From Xylella taiwanensis (lineage in GTDB: Bacteria; Pseudomonadota; Gammaproteobacteria; Xanthomonadales; Xanthomonadaceae): DNA of 32,000 nucleotides. Positions 27,617-32,000 of this stretch are shown here, piece after piece. The position numbers and the translations under genes were made by a program. Position 1 is the first letter of the stretch; each line of letters starts with the position of its first letter. The notes under the pieces were generated by a model. It did no database searches. It saw nothing but the letters and a program-made list of their open reading frames with translations, and was not told where the DNA came from. The DNA is taken from positions 1,230,001 through 1,262,000 of the forward strand of contig NZ_CP053627.1 of the NCBI RefSeq assembly GCF_013177435.1, in the 5' to 3' direction.

Positions 27617-28315
27617 CTACACCGCATCTCTCCGCAATGCCTCGTGCAGCTCCAAAGCGGCCTGTCGTTCCGCGTGGTGCATTCGCTCCAGCAGCCATTC
27701 ATACACACCGCACCACGCCCTGTGGTAATTGGATCCATCACGGCCAATAGCTTCTGCACGTCTGCGGTCGCTCATCGCAACCACGCCGCTACCGTTACAG
27801 ACATCACACACCTTGAGCAGTGCGCCCACACGCCGTTCCCCCCGGCCATAGCAAGAGGGGCACAAAGAAGGCTGCGCCATCTCCGAGATGACCGCCGCGA
27901 CCAGGGCGGGCAGCATGTCCAACGTCGTTTGTGGCCAGAGGCTGTCTTTGACCTGCTCCAGCCGTAACGCGGCACGGTCACGTTCGGCACGTTGCGCACT
28001 GGTCACCGGACCGCTCCAGCCCAAGCACGCCTTGGCAATGCCTAGATCGGTGCGTGCTTCGGCCAAGCGTTGCTGCTGGCGCTGGATCTCTCGCACCACC
28101 AGGGCCACGTCCGTATCGCGTAAGTGGCTGCGCCGCAACGCCGCGCCATCTGGCCACCAGCACGCTTCCAGCACATCACGCCCTAAACCGGCAGGCACTA
28201 ACGCCAGTCCATGCGCAATGTCCTGTGCGGTGAGATCGGGCGTGCCGCCGTGGGGCACGCCGTACCGGACCGTGCCCGGGGTAAGACGGGCCAGTAATTC
28301 ACCAGGGTTGCTCAT
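27617..28315 (-). CDS. Phage protein with a DnaJ-type CxxCxGxG zinc finger, putative Q/gp23-like late antiterminator
   Basis: 232 aa with the zinc finger CPSCYGRGERRVGALLKVCDVCNGSG. It sits immediately upstream of the lysis, terminase and portal genes in the same orientation, where gene 23/Q sits in P22-like phages. I recall a Q-related uncharacterised phage family with this finger but cannot verify it. Confidence 0.5.
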   Translation of the reverse strand: MSNPGELLARLTPGTVRYGVPHGGTPDLTAQDIAHGLALVPAGLGRDVLEACWWPDGAALRRSHLRDTDVALVVREIQRQQQRLAEARTDLGIAKACLGWSGPVTSAQRAERDRAALRLEQVKDSLWPQTTLDMLPALVAAVISEMAQPSLCPSCYGRGERRVGALLKVCDVCNGSGVVAMSDRRRAEAIGRDGSNYHRAWCGVYEWLLERMHHAERQAALELHEALRRDAV

Positions 28316-28379
28316 TGCAGAATTCCTGTTGTTTACAGTCGGACACGGTGACCTCGATCAAACTTCCCTGCCTGCGGAT

Positions 28380-29465
28380 TTGGTTGGTCACCGTAAAAGC
28401 GCTCGTGCGGCGGCTTTGAGGCGTCTCGCCCATTCAATAATCAATGCGGACCTGTCCACTATTGAGGGGCGGGTGCTGGCGTGGCTGGCCGGTGAGCAAG
28501 GCAAACTGCACGCCTTCAGCGCCTTTGACACCTGCCAAGGCGTGGATGGGCTGTGGTATAGCGGCGCGGCCATCACGGAGGCGGCACGGTGCGGCGCGCC
28601 CATCGCCCTGCATCGTGATGCCCAGGGGGAGCCGGTCCGACAAGGCCCGGATCTGTACAAGCGGGCCTACGCCCAATCTTTCGGGATCGCCCAAGAGGCT
28701 GTGACCAAGCAGCAGCGCCACATCGGCAAAGTGCAAGAACTGGCGCTGGGCTATGGCGGCGGGGTGGGGGCCTTCGCCGCGTTCGCCGCCCTATACCGCA
28801 TTGACCTAGATGACATGGCCGCACAGGCCCACGCCACGCTGCCGCCGGTGCTGCTCCAGGAGGCCGCTCGCGCCCTGGAATGGACCAGGGACACCCAGCG
28901 CCCCACCTTCGAGCTGTCCGAGCGTGCGTGGTTGATGTGCGATGTGTTCAAACGCGCCTGGCGTCAGGCCCACCCAGCGATCGTCACCTTCTGGAGTGAT
29001 GTGCAGGCCGCCGCTGTACAGGCCATCACCCACCCCGGCACGGTCCGCTCCTGCCGCCGCTTGAAGCTGCACTATGCCAATGCCTGGTTACGTATCCGTC
29101 TGCCGTCCGGACGCCTGCTCCATTACCCGGCAGCAAGAGTAGATGCGGACGGGAGGCTGTCCTACATGGGACCCCACCCCACCACCGGCCAATGGACCCG
29201 GATCGCCACCTATGGCGGAAAACTGGTCGAGAACATCACCCAAGCCGTGAGCCGTGACGTGCTGGCCGCCTGCATGCCGCGCATTGAGGCCGCCGGGTAT
29301 CAGATCGTGCTGACGGTGCACGACGAAATCATCACCGAAGCGGCAACCCACAGCGCCTTCAATGCCGGGCACCTGGCGGCGCTGATGACCACCGCGCCCG
29401 CCTGGGCCGCTGGGCTGCCGCTGGCCGCTGAAGGCTTTGAAACCGATCGCTATAGGAAGCACTAA
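28380..29465 (+). pseudogene. Family-A DNA polymerase, C-terminal palm/fingers only (5' truncated)
   Basis: Motif A is IINADLSTIEGRVLAWLAGE, motif B is RHIGKVQELALGYGGG and motif C is LTVHDEII. Homology begins about 20 aa before motif A. There is no exonuclease or thumb region and no ATG. The first ~145 codons of track ORF 27888..29465 are merely antisense to the Q-like gene. Confidence 0.85.
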
Positions 29466-29468
29466 CCC

Positions 29469-29741
29469 ATGAACGTATTGCATGAACGCAGCATCGAACG
29501 CTATTTAGTGGCGCGAGTCAGGGCCAAAGGCGGTGAAATCCGCAAGGTGAAGTGGATCGGTCGTCACGGCGCGCCCGACCGCATCGCCATGCTGCCCGGC
29601 AGCACCCTGTGGATCGAACTCAAAGCCCCCGGTGAGCAGTGCAGGCCACTGCAACTACGCGAGCACGAGCGCATGCGCCGTATGGGGCAGCGCGTGGAAG
29701 TCGTCGATTCCTTTGAAGGCGTAGATCAGGTGCTGCAATGA
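29469..29741 (+). CDS. VRR-NUC domain nuclease
   Basis: 90 aa. The PD-(D/E)xK-type core reads HGAPDRIAMLPGSTLWIELKAPGEQ.RPLQ..EHERMRRMGQRVEVV. Confidence 0.85.
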   Translation: MNVLHERSIERYLVARVRAKGGEIRKVKWIGRHGAPDRIAMLPGSTLWIELKAPGEQCRPLQLREHERMRRMGQRVEVVDSFEGVDQVLQ

Positions 29742-29742
29742 C

Positions 29743-30093
29743 TCAGAAAAACGCTTTGGCAATGAGCGTCACGATGCCGGTCACGATAGCGCCGAGCATC
29801 CAGCTATGCAGCCGTGTATCACCTTCTGTTTTAGCAAGGCGCGTCTCTAGATGTGAGAAGCGCTGGTCCATTTTCTCGAAGCGCTGGTCCATTTTCTCGA
29901 AGCCTTTTTCCATATTGACTTCAAGACGCTCCAATGCCTTGGCGGTTCTGGATTCCGAATCAGCAATGTCTTGCCGATTCCTTTCCACCACCCCGGCTAA
30001 CGCTTCGGCTTCGGCCTCGGCGTGCGCGGAAGGAAGACCCGCATTTTTAAGCTGGTTTGCGTATTTGAGTGTATCGAACGCCGCTGATGTCAC
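29743..30093 (-). CDS. DUF1640-like coiled-coil protein with a C-terminal TM helix
   Basis: 116 aa with a GTG start. It reads FDTLKYANQLKNAGLPSAHAEAEAEAL, then a coiled coil, then the TM helix WMLGAIVTGIVTLIAKAFF. Its orientation is opposite to the flanking replication genes. Confidence 0.65.
   Translation of the reverse strand: MTSAAFDTLKYANQLKNAGLPSAHAEAEAEALAGVVERNRQDIADSESRTAKALERLEVNMEKGFEKMDQRFEKMDQRFSHLETRLAKTEGDTRLHSWMLGAIVTGIVTLIAKAFF
29857..29898. repeat. Perfect 21-bp tandem duplication inside the DUF1640-like gene
   Basis: GAAGCGCTGGTCCATTTTCTC occurs twice (29857-29877 and 29878-29898), encoding the in-frame duplication EKMDQRF-EKMDQRF. Confidence 0.9.
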
Positions 30094-30168
30094 ACATGCC
30101 CCCGCCTTACCCGGATGTGATGGCGAGTATAGCAGCGCCCCCTCGCGGCAGCATGGAGACGGTGCCGC

Positions 30169-31515
30169 ATGAAATTACACCGCTACCAACACAGGATCGT
30201 TGACTTCATTCTGGCCCATCCGCGCTGCAATCTGTTTGTGCCGATGGGCCTGGGCAAGACGGTGTCGACGCTCACCGCCCTAGATGTGCTCATCCTGGCC
30301 GAAGCGGTGACCCCCATCTTAGTTGTGGCCCCGCTGCGCGTGGCCGTGGCCGTGGGCAGCGCCGCGGTACGTCGCCGTGCCTTGCAGCAGCAGGCCGATA
30401 TCTACTGCATTAATTACGACAATCTGAAGTGGATGGTGGAGTTTTTCGGGGAGCGCTGGCCGTTTCGCACCGTGGTTGCCGACGAATGCTCCAAGCTGAA
30501 AGGTTTCAGACTGGGGCGCGGGACCCAGCGCGCCCGCGCCCTGGCCAAGCATGTACATACCAAAGTTGAACGCTACATCGGCTTGACCGGCACCCCTGCG
30601 CCTAACGGGTTACAGGATCTGTGGGCGCTACTGTGGATGGTGGATCGGGGCGCACGCCTGGAGAGTAGTTTTAGCAAGTTCACGGATAGATGGTTCCGCC
30701 CGATCCGCATCGGCAGCGATCCCCACGCCGTGCGCGTGGTGCCCACACCCAACGCCTTTAAAGAGATTCAAGACAAGGTGCGTGATGTGTGTCTGTCGCT
30801 GGAGCCCGGCGACTATTTCGACCTGCGCCAGCCAATCGTGAATACCATCCGCGTCACGCTGCCGGAGCATGCCAAGCGCATGTACAAAGCGATGGAGCAA
30901 GAAATGTGGCTGGCGCTGGAATGTGGCGCTGAAGTTGAAGCCTTTAACGCGGCCAGCAAAACGATCAAGTGCTTGCAACTGGCCAATGGCGCGGTGTACA
31001 CCGACGCCACGCGCCGCGCCTGGGCCGATGTCCACGACGCCAAACTGCATGCCCTGGACGCCATTATCGAAGAGGCCGCCGGTATGCCCGTGCTGGTGGC
31101 GTATCACTTCAAAAGCGATCTAGCCCGCTTGCAGCGCGCCTTCCCTCAAGGCCGTGCCCTGGACACACACCCTGACACCCTCCGGGAGTGGAACGCCGGA
31201 GCCATCCCGGTGTTGTTCACCCATCCGGCCAGCGCCGGTCACGGACTAAACCTTCAGGACGGCGGCAACATTCTGGCCTTCTTCGGTCACTGGTGGGACC
31301 TGGAGCAGTACCAGCAGATCATCGAGCGCATCGGCCCCACACGGCAGGCCCAAGCCGGACACAACCGCCCGGTGTTCATTCACCACATCATCGCCGCCGG
31401 CACGGTGGATGAGCTCGTCATGGCGCGCCGCGAATCCAAACGCGAAGTCCAAGACCTATTACTTGATGCCGTGAAAAGAAGAGAAACACGCACCTCGCAC
31501 TCACCTACACCATAA
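30169..31515 (+). CDS. SNF2/DEAD-like superfamily 2 helicase (phage type)
   Basis: Motif I is PMGLGKT, motif II is VADECSKLK and motif III is GLTGTPAPNGLQDLW. The C-terminal helicase motifs are FTHPASAGHGLNLQ and IERIGPTRQAQAG. Confidence 0.9.
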   Translation: MKLHRYQHRIVDFILAHPRCNLFVPMGLGKTVSTLTALDVLILAEAVTPILVVAPLRVAVAVGSAAVRRRALQQQADIYCINYDNLKWMVEFFGERWPFRTVVADECSKLKGFRLGRGTQRARALAKHVHTKVERYIGLTGTPAPNGLQDLWALLWMVDRGARLESSFSKFTDRWFRPIRIGSDPHAVRVVPTPNAFKEIQDKVRDVCLSLEPGDYFDLRQPIVNTIRVTLPEHAKRMYKAMEQEMWLALECGAEVEAFNAASKTIKCLQLANGAVYTDATRRAWADVHDAKLHALDAIIEEAAGMPVLVAYHFKSDLARLQRAFPQGRALDTHPDTLREWNAGAIPVLFTHPASAGHGLNLQDGGNILAFFGHWWDLEQYQQIIERIGPTRQAQAGHNRPVFIHHIIAAGTVDELVMARRESKREVQDLLLDAVKRRETRTSHSPTP

Positions 31516-31529
31516 ATGGAGCGATCCGC

Positions 31530-32000
31530 ATGAACAACACACCCGATGATAAACACCCCAACCACCAGAGTGACCTACCGTTCCAACTATCGGATGACAC
31601 CGTAAAAAATTTTGCCGATCTAGTTAACGCATTAGCGGCTCACATAGGCCTAGACGCAGAAGACACCGACGATGACCCCGCACTACGGAAACCAGAACAC
31701 ATCAATACAAACGACACCTTCGATTACACATTCTCAGATGCATTAACCGCGCCCGCGTGTTACTGGACCAACCCCGATGGGAGCCAAGGCGGCATCGTCG
31801 CCGTGGCGGCCCATGTACACCCTATGAGTGCGCACATATGCCCCGGGGCGGTGATATGGCCTGAAGCGACAATCGCAGGGGACACCCACATTGGCAAAGG
31901 TACACACATTCATCCCAGAGCTGAAATTGGTTTCGGTGCCTTTATTAAATATAACTGTTCTATCGGTGCTGAATCCCGCATAGGGAACTATTCCAGCATC
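31530..32000 (+). CDS. Hexapeptide-repeat (left-handed beta-helix) protein, 3'-partial
   Basis: My own translation from ATG 31530 (GGAG 8 nt upstream) stays open to the window end, 157 codons. The N-terminus is acidic. [LIV]-G-x4-type repeats follow: AHICPGAVIWPEATIAGDTHIGKGTHIHPRAEIGFGAFIKYNCSIGAESRIGNYSSI. Confidence 0.65.
   Translation, partial: MNNTPDDKHPNHQSDLPFQLSDDTVKNFADLVNALAAHIGLDAEDTDDDPALRKPEHINTNDTFDYTFSDALTAPACYWTNPDGSQGGIVAVAAHVHPMSAHICPGAVIWPEATIAGDTHIGKGTHIHPRAEIGFGAFIKYNCSIGAESRIGNYSSI

Larger units (their letters stand above)
24060..32000. mobile_element. Degenerate P22-like/lambdoid prophage remnant; the right end lies beyond the window
   Basis: Phage genes are contiguous: portal, terminase, lysozyme, Q-like protein, family-A polymerase, VRR-NUC and SNF2 helicase. 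Several are truncated. Base composition differs from the backbone by eye, with GC-rich pol/helicase segments and an AT-richer hicAB and left junction. No integrase lies in the window. Confidence 0.85.

Noticed and set aside
27888-28316. N-terminal ~145 codons of the 525-aa plus-strand ORF
   Set aside because: This part is antisense to the Q-like gene and is Arg/Ser/Ala junk. Only the section from about 28380 onward shows polymerase homology.

Overview
The window has two parts. Coordinates 1 to about 23.6 kb are chromosomal backbone, and about 24.06 kb to the window end is a decayed prophage.

Backbone: gene content and synteny suggest a Xanthomonadaceae, Xylella-like chromosome; this is inference only. 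Recognisable genes are pepP (5' partial), a NUDIX hydrolase, a YdjA-like nitroreductase, two tandem DUF1631 paralogs, a small membrane protein, a SufT-like DUF59 protein and ilvE. These are followed by fis with a DUF3426 protein and an XRE regulator, and then a three-gene LPS/glycan cluster (O-antigen ligase, GT2, CDP-glycerol-type transferase). A RibA-type GTP cyclohydrolase II, a TlpA-like lipoprotein and an orphan membrane protein complete the backbone. About 7 kb of the backbone lies in 0.5-2.65 kb stretches with no convincing ORF, which is unusually high. One of these stretches carries a perfect 13-copy octanucleotide microsatellite and a 24-bp tandem duplication.

Prophage: the boundary is marked by an AT-rich island and a 36-bp perfect palindrome.
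- The late module is on the minus strand: a gp23/Q-like zinc-finger protein, a hicAB toxin-antitoxin pair, two tandem intrinsic terminators, a GH24 lysozyme, a terminase large subunit lacking Walker A, and a P22-type portal cut after about 180 aa.
- The early module is on the plus strand: a family-A DNA polymerase starting only at motif A, a VRR-NUC nuclease, an opposite-strand DUF1640 gene, an SNF2 helicase and a partial hexapeptide-repeat protein.
- At least four phage genes are truncated at identifiable junctions.

No rRNA, tRNA or CRISPR array was seen. All family assignments come from reading motifs in the supplied translations; no searches were run.
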